A stretch of DNA of 56,317 bases, filler included, from Platydemus manokwari (Eukaryota), in NCBI GenBank assembly GCA_037951405.1. It is 6 parts of 6 records of this genome, joined end to end, with 100 filler letters (N's around TTAATTAATTAA, not from the genome) between each part and the next. Parts side by side here need not be neighbours in the genome. Positions count along the whole stretch, not along the records: positions 9,938 to 18,756 come from JBBMOY011344537.1; positions 18,857 to 28,171 come from JBBMOY011266651.1; 4 more parts are not named here. The stretch is one strand, 5' to 3'. The position numbers and the translations under genes are program-made. The notes below the pieces were generated by a model that saw only the letters and a list, made by a program, of their open reading frames with translations, was not told the DNA's origin and searched no databases. Numbering within the stretch: position 1 is the stretch's first letter; the number at the start of each line of letters is the position of its first letter. Below are positions 13,601-28,171 of the stretch, piece by piece.

Positions 13601-15792
13601 AATTGTCCGATGATAAGGCTTAATAAAAAACCTTCCTCAACGATTGTAGGTGTAAATGCTTCACTGCATATTAGTCTTAATACATGTCTAGAAAGAAACT
13701 ATTGGAAGATTTGAAATGTTAGATATTTTCCAAGGATACAAGCCAAGTGCAAAATCCTCAAATTCAATTTCATCAGCAGCATCAAAATTGCATTGTCATA
13801 TTTGCCCATCATCATCAACGAAAAAACCAAAAATACTTGAAAAGCGACAATTTTTGGAACAGCCAACAAGAACTTATTAGGAAATTATTTATTTATTTTA
13901 GATGAATGAATATATCGATTAAAAATCAATGTCGAAATCAATTTGGTCTATATGAGTGATTTTCTAACCATGTCGTGAAGCTGGCATTTTTATAATAAAT
14001 AAATATTGATTTTTTAGACATTCTTGATAAAGACAAGTAGGCTGATTTTACAACCAGTCATGAAATCGATAGAATAAATTTACTAACAAATTTAATTGTT
14101 TTCTGGGTTAATTTTGCTGTTTTTACGCTAAGAAACTTGTTGGAAACATTTTTTGTTTATCGGGATTGCCTACATTGCTGAAACCTACCATTCGTGAATC
14201 CAAGCATATAATTGTAACGATCGTCATTAGTTACCAAGAATAACATTTTTCATTGAATGGAAACAATTTAGTCTTTTTTCACACATATGAATTCAAAAAG
14301 TTATTTGTGAATAATAACTGATAGTCCGCTTCATTCAATACCGGTCCGGATATTAAGCTTAGTCGTGGAATCTTTTCATTTGGTTATGATCCATGGGTGA
14401 GAGTTACGATATTATCTTTCCAATCAGAAAATGTTTGTCTATTATATTTATAGTTTCAAGTATTTATATTTTTTATTTAATTCAATGTTTTTCTCTTTGG
14501 ATGTTCTTGTTTCGCTTAAATCGTGCTTTATTCAATAATATTGGTTATTATTGTGACGGTATTTTTCAGTTTAAATAAACTATTATTGAAGTTATTTTTG
14601 TTGTAATATGAGCGTGTTTCTATTGTAGGTGGCACGGGAAATCGGAATTTCATGTTTTCTTAATTGACAGTGGAATATGATCCTGGCACCATGATAGAAC
14701 ATCTGTAAAACACATGATTGACTGAATCCTAAGTTTGATTGAGTTTTCTAAAAAAAAACCAGCAGCAGAAAATATTTATAAACTTGCATTCGGAATAGAC
14801 AAATTTTTTCAAGAATAAACATGAAAAGTTTCGACAATTCAGCGATTTCAAATCGATAAAAATGCGATTGTTTTCTTCATGTATTTCTCAATATTTAGAT
14901 AAAATTAATTTTTCAGTAGTTATTGATTTTAGGGATTTTTGAAAAATTTCGCTGGGGTTTGAATGATACTTATAATAAAACAAATTGCAAAGATTATTTT
15001 TAAAAAACAATAACTTAAAATTAAAACAAGGATATCTTTTCATTACAAATTATCAGTATTTTCATCCAATAAAATCACTATAAAATTAAAACATTTGTTT
15101 GATATGGATTGTGATCAAATAAATAAACGACATCAAATGGTCCTGTTGCTCAACGAATCGGATTCTCAACAATCAGACCTGGGCGCCTGCAGACGTATAG
15201 TGCAGATCAGTCATCCAACTGAGGAAATGACTGTCTATCAAGAAACATTTGAATGACTGAAAAACAATTTTGATCTTGCCTGTGCTCTACAGCCAAGCCT
15301 TATTTTGGCTGTATGTGTATTATAAATATAAATTAATCTCTACTTGCATTTATGACTTACGATTTAAAACATACACACAAAATAAATAAAATTAAACCTA
15401 GAGGCGATGTAGTCATTGCATTGGCCAGCACATAGCTTATTGTATTGATAAATGTTTCTGTGATCAAAACGCCATCAATATGAACTAGATTCTGAGATGA
15501 ATTTTTTAAAAGAATTTTTAAAGATGAAGAAATTGCTTCACCAATTAATTATCTTATAAAACAAAGTTTTTCAAGAACTGAAATGAAGAAAATATCAATA
15601 TAAACTTAATAAATAAATAAATTATTAATACCAATAATATTAATAGTAAATTATTATTATAATGATAATATAAGTAATATTAATTTTGAGTAATCAATAA
15701 TTATTATTTCTAGATCTGTCATACAATATATAACGGTTCAGGGTTAATAAATTTTAGTTGGTTTAGCAGGTAATAAAAATTGTTGACAGACG

Positions 15793-15846
15793 GAGCCCAG
15801 TATTCACATGAATCCCAGTATTCACATGGAGCCCAGTATTCACATG
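15793..15846. repeat. 18-bp tandem repeat x3 (GAGCCCAGTATTCACATG)
   Basis: Three adjacent near-identical units. Confidence 0.9.
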
Positions 15847-16839
15847 ATAGGAAATGAATAATTTCCACACCACTTTGTCTATTATTAAGTGCAATCAATA
15901 GATAAATTGTAACCATTGTAGACAATTTCTTTTTCTAAATATTCGACTATAAACACTAGATAAAAGAAATAAGAGTAACACGATCATATAATCAATAAAG
16001 CATCATCTCACCTCACTGGAATTTTCTCTTTTATACGACTGCAAACAACATTGACAATATTTAGAAAATTTTCTCTTTTTTGATATCTCTATTTAGCTAC
16101 ATGAGTTTGTTGATGTTCGAAACTTGAAATCGAAATACTCACATATTCCTGTAATCGGATAGTACAAATCCATTGACATTCCTGATTTGATTGCAAGGCC
16201 TTAAATGAAAGATCTGAGAAAACGGGTTTCTTAATTCGAAACATGGGAAAAATTCTGGACACGTTACATGGATCGAAATTAAAAACATATAAGATTAAGA
16301 ATAACATGTATTATCAAGCAGAACTATGACGAATCAAAGCTATAAAAGCTTTGTTGATGGTTGGACCTTTAAGTGCGAGCAGCCACGCAGTTTATATTTA
16401 ATTTTTCGCTGACTTTTATAATTTAATTATTAATTGAACTGAGTCCAAGCCAAGAAATTTATTGACGTTCAAAATATTCTTCAAAATCATTATAATCATT
16501 TATTTTTTTCAGAATTATCAATACAATCAAAGAATATAAATAAATTAATTTACTTTGTTTCCTCGCAGAATATTGCCCTGGGTCAACTAATAAGATGTTG
16601 AAACTATCGGTACTTTATACTATTTTCGTTTATAAATAAACTTTATTAACTGATTTAATATTTGAGGGTGAGTTTTACTTTATTGTTATGATATAAATAT
16701 AAGGGCAGGCGAAAAAATTTCGTTTTTCTAAGGTGATGAAATCTTATCAAAATCTAAAAAAATACAAAATTAAAACATTTATTCGTGAAAATCGCATGTG
16801 CAATTATACTAAAAGTGTCAGCAGACCATAACAGATACT

Positions 16840-17720
16840 AAACATAGTCTCCATCTGCTTCAATGACACTCTGAAGGTGACGTGTAAAAATTTGAAATTC
16901 GCTTGTGAACTTGGCATCCGATGTTGACTCCAAATATTGGCGAAAATCATTGCTGACCTCTCCTGAATTACTGAAGTGATTTTCACGTCGTTAGCACTCG
17001 TACATCCTGAAGATCAAGCTGTAATTTTAATAAGATTACGATCAATAATTAAAAAATATTTTTAATTGATTATATTAAAAATATTTAATATTTGTATTTA
17101 TCTTGCTTAAACTATTACTGTAACCTCTCAAAATAAATATGTTAAAAAATCATTTATAAAATTTAAAATTGAAGTGTGTGCATTTTAATTTTAATTTTAA
17201 ATTGTAATTTTTATTCTTAAAGAATGTTGAAAATAATCGAACATTTTTTTAAAAAGATTGTAATATATTATATGGTATGATAGAAGAATGTCTTCCGAAT
17301 TAAACATGAAACTTGAAGAAGTGTTAACTGATGACAAAAGCGATTCGTGATTTTTGTGTCGGCTGAGTAGCCTGGCTGCTTTAAAAAAAACACGCAATGT
17401 TCTTCAAGCCAAAGTCGAATTAACTGTGCTGTGTGATGTCAGACATTGTCATGCTGAATGACCATTTCCCAAACAAGTAGTCTTGTTTGAAAGTTTAAAA
17501 TCATATTCCACAGGAATTTTTAGGTATCTCTAAGTGTTGATGGATGCGTGAGTGTTCGTTGTTCTCCTGCACACTTTTTGGTAATCTGTTGTACTCTCCA
17601 AAGGCTGAAGACATTATTTGCTCCTCCACTTTCGACAAGAAAGCGATAAATATCGTTAGCCAAAAAGTTGTTTCGAGTAAAAATTGCAACGATAGTGAGG
17701 AAACAATGAGCAGGATCAAG
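16840..17720 (-). pseudogene. Decayed mariner/Tc1 transposase
   Basis: The minus strand reads VIQHDNV*HHTAQLIRLWLEEH then (frameshift) QPGYSAD, i.e. HDNA.PH...PYSPD-like. The C-terminus reads ...TRHLQSVIEADGDYV*. Stops and frameshifts are present and boundaries are approximate. Confidence 0.7.
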
Positions 17721-18686
17721 ATTTCTTACTTTTATGTAATTATTTATGAGACTTTTTACTGTATCTGTTAATATATTTACGTTGTGTTTTAAATATAAGA
17801 TTGTATAATCCCATAATGCTTTACAGTTAAATTTATTCCAATCATTTTGAGCTCGTTGATATTCTTCATTTTATATTCCACTTAAATATTATTTAGTATT
17901 AAGGCATTCAATTGATAGGAGAGAAGTTTTATTTAAAATTTCAAAAGATATTATATTATCATATGGATAGATTCCTTTTTCTTTCATGATAGTGTAATTG
18001 CTTTCAAACTCTTTTCTTAACTCAATAAATTAGTCATTTCTCATTGATTTACTTGTCCTATTTTAATAATTTAGAAATAATCTTGATAAATCTGCAAATC
18101 TTATGTAACCATAATTAAATGAAATATAAATCTCATCAGTTAAAAATAATATTGTTATTTCCAAGAAACTGTGTTCGAATATATTTCATTCTTCAACTTT
18201 TTCAGTTAATTCCTTTATTATCAAATGAAAGTCATATTTATAATAGATCAATTATGAAAATTAAATGGAAAATAATTTGGTTTTCTGGCTAATGAGTTAC
18301 AATTTTTACATGCTGGTCCTCTGTAATTATTTTCTTTTAAATAATGTTCATGATATCTGACTTTTCCTGTTTCTGGGCTTTGCTCATCTCCTGAGGTCTT
18401 TGTAAAAAAATTATTACAATAAATATTATTGATTGAATTTTATTAAATGTGATATCACGATTGCAAAACATTTTAATTATTTTTTTTAAATCTGTTTTCA
18501 TTATGTACCGGTCATAATATAAATTTTTCTATACAATTTTCACCTTGAAACAATTTACTTTCATTATTTATTAGATCTGGATATCTTGGGATTAATTTTA
18601 AATAAATGCATAAAGGCATTTGATTACATATAACCTTGGTTTTCCTTTTTGATTTATTGTACGAAGTTCCTTCGATTTCTATATTA

Positions 18687-18756
18687 TTAGGTTGTCCCAT
18701 ATGAAATGTCCGATTTTTATATATTGAACTTTAAATCAAAATTTTTTAAAAACTAC
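18687..18756. mobile_element. Mariner TIR fragment at contig end
   Basis: TA followed by TTAGGTTGTCCCATATGAAAT..., running into the spacer. Confidence 0.5.
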
Positions 18757-20119
18757 NNNNNNNNNNNNNNNNNNNNNNNNNNNNNNNNNNNNNNNNNNNN
18801 TTAATTAATTAANNNNNNNNNNNNNNNNNNNNNNNNNNNNNNNNNNNNNNNNNNNNTTTTAAAACATTTTATATAAAAATATTAAATTTCAAAATGTTTT
18901 AAAAGTTGTTATTTTTAATTATTTTAATTAATCTTCACACACATGAAAAGTTTAAATGAGGCTTATAAATTTTACACCAGTTCCCTGTAACCTGGTGAAA
19001 AACCACGTCAGGTAAATAATATTAAAATAACTTATTATTGTAACAAGGACGTCATAATTTCTCAAGAACTCAAACCACATTTTATTGGGAAAGCCAATTT
19101 GATGTACAACAAGTTTCCAAGCAAGGAAATTAAAATTGTTACCTTTCAACTGTTGATCGTAATCAGCTTAATTTGCCGAATTGACTAAATTAGAATCACG
19201 TTATTTGTTCGATTTTCATAAAATAAATACCCTGCGCCAAATATTTTGTGATAATCTACATTACAAAAGATAAATTAAAGGCGTTTCTGATAATTCCATT
19301 TTGTCATCTTAACAAAAAATCTTACCACCACATGTACCGATGTCGATTAATAACAGGAAGATTCAAAATCAGCGTTTATTTCCACAAGAAGTAATATCAA
19401 AAACCACTTAATAGAAAAGCGTACAGGCATTACAAGTAAATTGATTCTGTAGTTAATAAAAACCCTTGACGAAGTTTTACTAATTAAGTCAAAACGTATA
19501 CATTCCCCCCACCAAAAAAATTACCTTTTATCAGTTTTAAAGCTTTGAAAACATACCATGTCATGTTCAGTAGCACCAAAGTTACTCAAAATGTTAATGG
19601 GAAAGAATCAGAACGAAAAGAATAAAATGTATATCTTGTCCCTTAATTTTATTTTCGAATAGGCTTTTCGCTAAGGCAACTGATAATTGATATTTAAAAC
19701 TGAAAGTATGCTGGTATTGTTGAAAGTATTTAAATTATATATTAAATGGTTCTAAAGAATAAGTTTTGTTATCATAACAAGTTTCAAGGATCTTCCGAGC
19801 TCATCTATTTTAACTTCCTTAAGTCGTATTAAAGTTGCTAAACATCAATTATCACAGACAGTACCGATATTTTTCAACATTTTTAAACTTTTATATTAAA
19901 TCAAGAATAAGAAATAGTGTGATAGCATATACATGTGCGAATACCAAAACTATGTTTCGTTGAAAATATAATATCTGTAATTCAGATGTGTTCTTACATA
20001 ATTGTCATGTAGATAAATAAAAATTTATTTAATTAATCTCCTTTATTATTTTGATATTTGTGCAAATGTTTGTAAATATCAAACAGTAAAAGACAAAAAT
20101 ATATACATTGAAAATGTTT

Positions 20120-20690
20120 GGACTATCGTTCAAAAAAGGGTTCTAAAATGAAATTTCAAATTTTTTGAGTGAATTGCAAATATATATACAGTTTATTTAA
20201 TTATTTTCTTTAAAAACATTTTGAATTTTTTATTTAAATACTTAAGAAGAATTTCAGATGTTTGAAATCAAATATTAAATAGACTAGAACTTAAAAATCT
20301 CCTAAAATTTAACGTTTGAAAAAGTGAAAATGATGTTCGAATTTAACATTAGAAGCAAATTGAGAGATATTTTCAAATTTTACAATTATTTTATAAAAAT
20401 AACCAATGATATTATTAAATATGTCTGTAGTTAACTAACTCGATTAATAATTATAAAAATTTAAATTTAAAAACTCAAATAATCATATAGAAGTGTTGTG
20501 ATTGGAATGGGAGCTTGATTTTAAAACTATTTTTTGTCACTATTAGACATCTTAAAAAAATGATATTGACTGAATTATACGAATAAATCAAACATAGCAG
20601 TTATATATAAAATTAAGTTATAAATTTATCTCGTGCGCGAAAATTCATTATAACGAAAGTAAGTCAAAGGACCCTTTTTTAACTTAAGCC
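20120..20690 (+). mobile_element. MITE family A copy 2
   Basis: Same internal sequence (e.g. TTTGAAATCAAATATTAAATA, TTAACATTAGAAGC) and right TIR; the left TIR is degenerate. Confidence 0.85.
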
Positions 20691-22888
20691 AGAAGAAAAT
20701 TTTAATTTATTTATTTGTACACCCATAAATATAAATGGTGAAAATTTTCAAGATTTTATAAATAATTTTTAATCGTTCCAAAGTACACAAATAATTGAAA
20801 AACCCTTCAAATATTTTTGTTTGAATATTTTGGTTAAATTAACTTTGCTGTTTGAGTTTCCTGAAATCAGTTTTCTATTCATATCTTTTGAAACAGTATC
20901 AGCTAACAGTATAAATTATTATTTTCGCTTGACTGCGTAATTATCGATATTGTCATTTATTTACCGTAAACTCAAAAAATATAAATAAAATGATAATATA
21001 ATTTTAATCATCAACCTTTAAGTAAAAATTGGTTTACCTTTCATAAATGATTCTAATTTAATTTTTTTTAAATATTTTGTTTTCTTAACTCCTGGATTTA
21101 AAGGTTATTGCTGACCCTTTGTTTTCCACTTAAAATCTGATGTTTTTCAGTACGCCAAAATCTATTCTACCGATGTAGTGTATTCAAACTCAATTTCTAT
21201 TATGAAATACTTTCGGTCTCAAGATGATTTATCCGTCATCATTGGCGGCGTTGATTCCATAAAAGATATCGGGTGATGTTTTGAAAACTACATCAATTAG
21301 CGTCGCTAATATTGGTTTTCGATTCATCTCATTTTCGGTAATTACTTTACCACAAGCTGATATTTTGATTATTCGTTCTGCAAGATTCTATTCGAACGAA
21401 TTTATTATTTACTGGATTTCAATATCATCAATGGTTGGGTTGCATATTTTTCACGTGCGCTTTGTTTACAGAAACCGCATTCAATTGATATACGTGTATG
21501 GGCCGGGCTTAGTGATACAAAAAATGCCAAACAATTCGAAATGACTTATAAATATCAGCTGACTACAAAACAAGCTTCCCTCGATTTTTCACCAGGTGAT
21601 TTGAGAATTGATTTGTCAACGTTTTCTTCTCCTTTTTTTCTTTATCTGAAAACACAGTTTCTGTGTAAATTGTGGCATGAATGCTGGCAATTATGAGATT
21701 TATATTCGGAAAATAGATATTTTTAACCATTTAAACAAAGGTGCTTTTATTGATTATAATACTGAATCTAGTTAAACAAAAAAGCTGATACTAATACGGC
21801 CGAAGACATTTTTGCTCTGTTGATTTATTCAGAAGCTCATTCAGTAACATAATGAATCATAAAATCTGTTTTAGCATTTTCAAATCCGACCTATATAATA
21901 GCATTGCAATAAAATTGCTGCTGCTTGTTTTCAAACGGTATCTGTATTATCTAATTATAGCGATCTATAAAATAAAATTTTATACCTTGTGGTAAGAAAT
22001 GAATTGAAAAGTTTCTGATCTTTGAACTCGTCTTGAACATCTCGAGACGTTATAAAAATTTGATCGATTTATTATAATTGGAAATTTATCGTGATTTTAT
22101 TATAAAATTAAATAATTTATTGAAAGCTTTGTTGATTGATTTGGTATAATAATAATTAATTGTAACATCTAATTCGATTTTGATTCACCAAAGACGTATA
22201 TCAAGTTGTCCATTCTCCACCAATTATCCCTTTTAACTTTGTACAGATCATTAAATAGTTAATAATCTATATCATTTGGAATTTATAAAGTAATAATACA
22301 TTAATTATTGATCAACATTATTATTATCCATTATTATAAATGGATTTTTAAAAATTTTCGGTTTATTTTGACTTGAATTTTTGTACTGCTCATATTTCAT
22401 CTACTAAAATACATTTATAAGAATTATTATCAATTTTTATCTGATCATCTTACATTTTTATTGCTACATTTATGGCTTTCTTATTTACATATATCTGTTG
22501 TTCAAAATTGAAGCGGTTGAGATGTATTTCTTTACATTGCCGATTTTTAAAAGTGCATCTTTTCTTTCAATACTGGATAATAGCTGATATCATCAATAAT
22601 TGTATGATGAAAATATTAAAAATTTTAGTTCACAATAAATAATGAAAAATTAAAAGAAAGCCAATGATTTATTTTAATATATTGTTAATATAATGATAAT
22701 CGATAATTTATAAGTATCAATTAATGGTTTTAAATATTTATAATCGGAATAGGAGTAGATTTTTTTTAACTATTTACCGATACCGACTCATATAACACAA
22801 AAACTGTCCAAACTGCAATTCCGCAATATCGCAACACAATTACATCATGCACCCTAACCAATTTAGATAGTCTTTACCAAAGTACTTA

Positions 22889-23033
22889 NNNNNNNNNNNN
22901 NNNNNNNNNNNNNNNNNNNNNNNNNNNNNNNNNNNNNNNNNNNNNNNNNNNNNNNNNNNNNNNNNNNNNNNNNNNNNNNNNNNNNNNNNNNNNNNNNNNN
23001 NNNNNNNNNNNNNNNNNNNNNNNNNNNNNNNNN
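22889..23033. other. Assembly gap (145 N, no linker)
   Basis: Plain N run, distinct from the linker spacers. Confidence 0.95.
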
Positions 23034-24900
23034 ACGCATTGAAATCGAACTGAAAAATGGCGATGCTAAATTATATTTTAATTACCATTATTAAAACAAA
23101 TCATTTATTTATAAAAATAGGATAGATTTTATATTTCTATAATAAGAATAATTAATAATGATAATAATAATTAATAATAATAATTATTATTATTAATAAT
23201 AATAATGATAATAATAATTTAAAAAGTAATAATTGTAATAATAATATCTATAATATTCCTCCTTATATATTGATATATTCTATAGAGTTAATTAGGGATT
23301 TTTTAAATCTTGATTTACTTTCTATTAGTTTTATCATCATTATAAATATTCTCAAAGTTTATGTCCCGATATACATATCCAGACAAGACTATTTATTATT
23401 TGATTAATACATTTATCAAATAACACAAATCCTTGCTCCACCCCCGATTTTCCATTCATGAGACACATTTCTAGACATCATACATTGTGTTGTAAGTTAT
23501 CGAAATAAATCTTTATTTCCCAGCTACTGAAACGTGTTGTATGGTAAATGTTAAGCTGATACATTGACTAATACTAATTTCTATGAGCGAATTTACAACG
23601 AATTCCATCACAGATACAAATCAATTAATTGAATCCCATCAGAACTTTTCATTACGATAACTGAGGGATATTAATTTGTTCTGTTTCTTTTTTCTGATCA
23701 GAAGAGTGTTTTTTTGACTTTGATTATCATTGATATCATCGATATCGCCAGAATTATTTTATCGGTCATTATATTATATCATCAATATATAATAATAATA
23801 ATTATTATTATAATTAATATTACTGTTTATTAAATGAGAACCATCATAATATTTTACAATTAAAACAAATAACATTCTTTAACAACCGACATTAATAGTT
23901 ATTGTTGAATATTATTAATATTATTATGATGATTATTATTATCATCTATAAAACCGAACACAAATTAACTCCCAAATTGCGGCCCTTCATCGACAGTGTG
24001 TCAGAGAAATAATTGAATGCAAGTCAACTAATACAAATACATGGAAGACATTTTAATTAATAAAACTAATTTTTTTATACTTCAGAAAATATATTTATAA
24101 ATATATATGACTAACCCTGTTCCACATAAACAATCGTGATAAAGAAAATTTTTTAATCTGTTTTGATCCAGTTGGATCGTTGCTGTAATTAATTATTTAA
24201 ATGTCAATGGTCGAATGCTTAAAAAAACCAATTCTAATATAATTAATTACAACTCCAATGGGTGTTTTCGATTGTTTGATTTCCTAACAGATTCAGTGGG
24301 ATATTATTTATTTAAATAATTCCACCCATTATTCCTTATTTATGAATGGTTTGGATGGATGAATGGAATATCACTGTTATTTAGTTCACTGCTAAGATTA
24401 TCCAGACATACAGGACTTTATATTTATTGACATTTCTTAGCAGATGGCAATTTAAGGTTTTGAGGAGAAATGTTTGAAAATTCATAAAGCACAGTATGAT
24501 TTTCAGAAAGTGGCAGAGATGTTGAGAACAAGTGTCTATGATTGTTTGAAGACAAAACTATAGGCAGCCAGATAAAGCTTTCAAATAGTTGAGAATAAAT
24601 ACCAAAATAAAAATAAATTACGTCTTGTTAATGAACCCGAGAAAAAAATATAAAACAAAAATAGCAATGAACTCTCAAATTAATGATGGTGAAATGGTAT
24701 GAAAAAGAAAGAAAAGTTTCATTAGAAGTTTCTATTATCGAATAAATCTTTACATAAAATATTCACAGCTTGCTTTTAATAAAAAGGTTCTTATTAAAGA
24801 AAAAATTAGATAAATTTAAGAGAAGAACAAAACAAAACTTGATTTTGTGGACATGGTGATATGAATGGTTACCATATTATCGCCATATATTCTTACCATA

Positions 24901-24970
<70 letters not shown>
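24901..24970. repeat. (TAT)n microsatellite, about 23 units
   Basis: Directly visible. Confidence 0.95.
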
Positions 24971-24972
<2 letters not shown>

Positions 24973-26487
24973 ACTTCGTCGATTTTTATTTCTTTATAAA
25001 ATCAATCCTACTTCATTTTCAATTTAGAAAATAATCGATTATTCTCGATATACGTTATGAACAGCCCGTACGAATAACAATGATATATAAGAAAACACGC
25101 AACACTAAAAATATTGACTACACCAATAAATATCTTCCGGAACAAATTTGAAATCTAAAAACTATCTCTAACTTTCACTGAAACATGAAAGAGTGAACGA
25201 TAAATCGACTTTATTATTAAACGAATTTTAATATACTTGAATGAATTGTTTTACCTTTTTGGTTTGTTACTTGATGATATAAATATGGCGGACAAATTAT
25301 ATTAATAAATATATTAGTTTTAGTGGTCGTTTAGTGGTGATTAAAACAAGAAACCATAGGGACAATGCTTGAATAATTTGAAACACTTTACAGGTTAATC
25401 AATTCACCTACCTGGTATGGATAATAACAGCGACATAATTGTAATGATAATAAATATAATTATAATATTAATTTAAATAATAATAAATAATAATCTCCAT
25501 TAAAAATTATTTTGTCGAAAGAAAAAAGTATTTTCAAAGTTCTTTTATTAATTTTATTATCGATTTTTATCATCACCTTTGTATATTCTTACTGATATAA
25601 AATAGGTAGGCGTTGAATAGAATTCAGGGTTTGATAATAATAATAATAATAATAATACAGTTGAGTTTGACAGAAAAGAATGAATGTTTATATGTAGTCA
25701 CCTTTGAAATTTGACAAACAACAAAACGTGATTAATTTGGTGATAACAAAACAAATTTCAATGTTAATGAATTTATTGATTGGATAACTTCATGCCAAAT
25801 GAGCTACAGCAGAATGTAATGAATAAATATGAAAAATGGATTAAAAAATTTATAAAATAATTGGATAATATTTATTATTATACTTTCTATTGATTTATTA
25901 ACATTATTACTATAAATATTATTATCGATATTATTGTGGTTTAAATGGACCTAAAAATAATTAAAATTAATTACACAACCTGGGTCGATCGTATTTTAAT
26001 ATTAATTACACTGTATCTGATATTTTAAACCGGGGAAATTTCTAACAACCAATCACTCTCATTCCCATACGAGCTTAATAATTTAACAGAAATCCATTAA
26101 AATTTCCTCTCGTTCCATTGTACTTACAGAGTACACTGTCTGAAAATAATTTCGAATAAAACACTAATTTGACATCCCGTTAGAGATCGTATTTTACCAT
26201 TTTTTTTTAATTTTATTCGAACACAATTCACAGTGATTTTGTCATTTTAAATCGATTTTAAATTTATTCATTATTAACGACTTCTATGTGGCAAACGACA
26301 AGTCAATTCAAATTTAAAGAAAAAACACTGGCGGTGAATTGACAAGTGTTATTTGAAAACCGAAAGCTGGGAAGTATTTTTTCCCCACCATTTTTAATTC
26401 TTGACAAGTATTTGAAAACTATTGGTCGATAATATTTTAAATTTGATGATTGTTTAACTAATTGATATAATTGATTATCGTTTAATT

Positions 26488-26715
26488 CAGGGGTCTCCAA
26501 ACTTTTTCAGCAAAGGGCCACATTGCTGATTTTTTAAAATTTGGAGGGCCAAAACTATGATAGATTTACAAAAATTGTGTTTCAAAATGAGTAGTTGAAA
26601 TCATTAATAAGCCATTTAAATGTTCATCAGACAACCGTGACCTGTAGCAAGATTTTTGTCATAATGTTCGTGTGTTTCATTGTAAGCTTGGCGGGCCGTA
26701 CTTTGGAGACCCCTG
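26488..26715. mobile_element. hAT-type MITE
   Basis: Perfect 14-bp TIRs CAGGGGTCTCCAAA / TTTGGAGACCCCTG with GGGCC(G/A) subterminal motifs typical of hAT-Charlie-like MITEs. The 8-bp TSD is degenerate. Confidence 0.85.
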
Positions 26716-28113
26716 GCGTAATGTATGATTTCATTCTGCATTTTAAAATGTGTTTCTTAAATTGATTTTGATATAAGGTTTCTAAACCCGTTCCCTCCTT
26801 CCTAACAATATTATAGGTTTTTTTAACAAAGAATTTTAATTCGAATATTATGATCAAACTATTTATAAATTGCTAATTTGTCAAATAATTTTTACGAACT
26901 TCATATTTTATATTCGATTATTTTTGACAAATCAAATTTAAAATAAATATTTTTTTCTATATTCATTCTAAAATGAACCAAAATTCGTTTATTAGAAAAG
27001 CTGTCGATAAAGGAATAAGCCGAAATATTTGTTAATGATGAAAGTCTTTTTCTTAACAATGATTATATTATAGTAGTGAATCAATTTCTTATTAGAAGTA
27101 ACAGTTTGACTTGATAATATATATAATTTAGAATTTGATAAAAAACGACCTGATTTAGTATATGAGGGTTTTCTCGAAGCACACTGTGATGCTGAAGGAA
27201 ATTGTTGAAATAATTAAAAGATATTAATTTCACGAGAAATAACACAATAGCAACCACCAGGGTAATACTGATATGAAATCAATATGAAATCCCTCGCCTA
27301 TGTAGTAATAAGTGTGGTTTCGAATTTACCAAATGACGAACAGTGAGAATAGTGTCTTCGAATTTATATTTTATTCAATGCAATACCCGCTTGAATTATT
27401 AATGTTGCAGTCAGTGGACTATCCTAACCCTTACAATGATCGGTGTAATGGTGCGTTTAATTTCTCGCATAAATGTTGAGAAGTGAACCTGGGAGCAGAG
27501 TAAAGGTAACTTATTCTTAAATATTTTATAACCTAATCTTTTTAATGGTTTGGAAAAATCGATAAACCACTTATCTAATAATACTTCGAACCTAAATGAC
27601 TAAGCGTTTTAAAACGCTAACGAATAAATCATAAATATAATAACAGTAGAATCCGCGAGAAACTTCACAGTAATCCATTAACTTAAGAATTGTATTCTTC
27701 ATTCAACTGATTTATTAACGAGTTTTGCCAGGATTTTTTACAGCAAATAATAAACAGCTGCTTTGGAATTAAGCGATATAAGAATTTGGAGATTTTAGTA
27801 CACCATAAAAGTAAAATAGATATTCGAATACATAATCAAGAATGAAATGTTCAAATAATCCAAGGAGAAAACAGCTGTATTAACCATAATTTGGAGAGCT
27901 TCTTCAGAAAATAAATGAAATGATACCAAGGGTTTTGTGGAGACAACATAACAAAATTTGACATTTAGATAGTTAGCAAGAATATTGAATCAAATACGGA
28001 GAAATATGGTGTGTGAAAAATCAGTGCCTTTGGAAAACGTGTTTTTTTCTTGAGCATTTAGTTGATTGTTGTTTGTGAAATGATAGAAAGAAGAAAATAT
28101 ATATATATATATA

Positions 28114-28171
28114 TTAGGCTGAGTCAAAAGTTATTCATGTTTTTTAGTTGTTTAAAGTTTTTGTTTTACCA
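28114..28171. mobile_element. Mariner TIR fragment inserted in a (TA)n run at contig end
   Basis: TTAGGCTGAGTCAAAAGTTATTCATGTTTTT resembles the mariner TIR TTAGGTTGGTGCAAAAGTAATTGCGGTTTTT. Confidence 0.55.

Noticed and set aside
15138-15215. tRNA/SINE-like start GGTCCTGTTGCTCAACG
   Set aside because: No B box or cloverleaf could be built.
15793-15846. 18-bp repeats as a CRISPR-like array
   Set aside because: The units abut without spacers, and the context is eukaryotic.
27161-27520. Possible very old mariner 5' fragment
   Set aside because: Motif traces are too weak to support a call.
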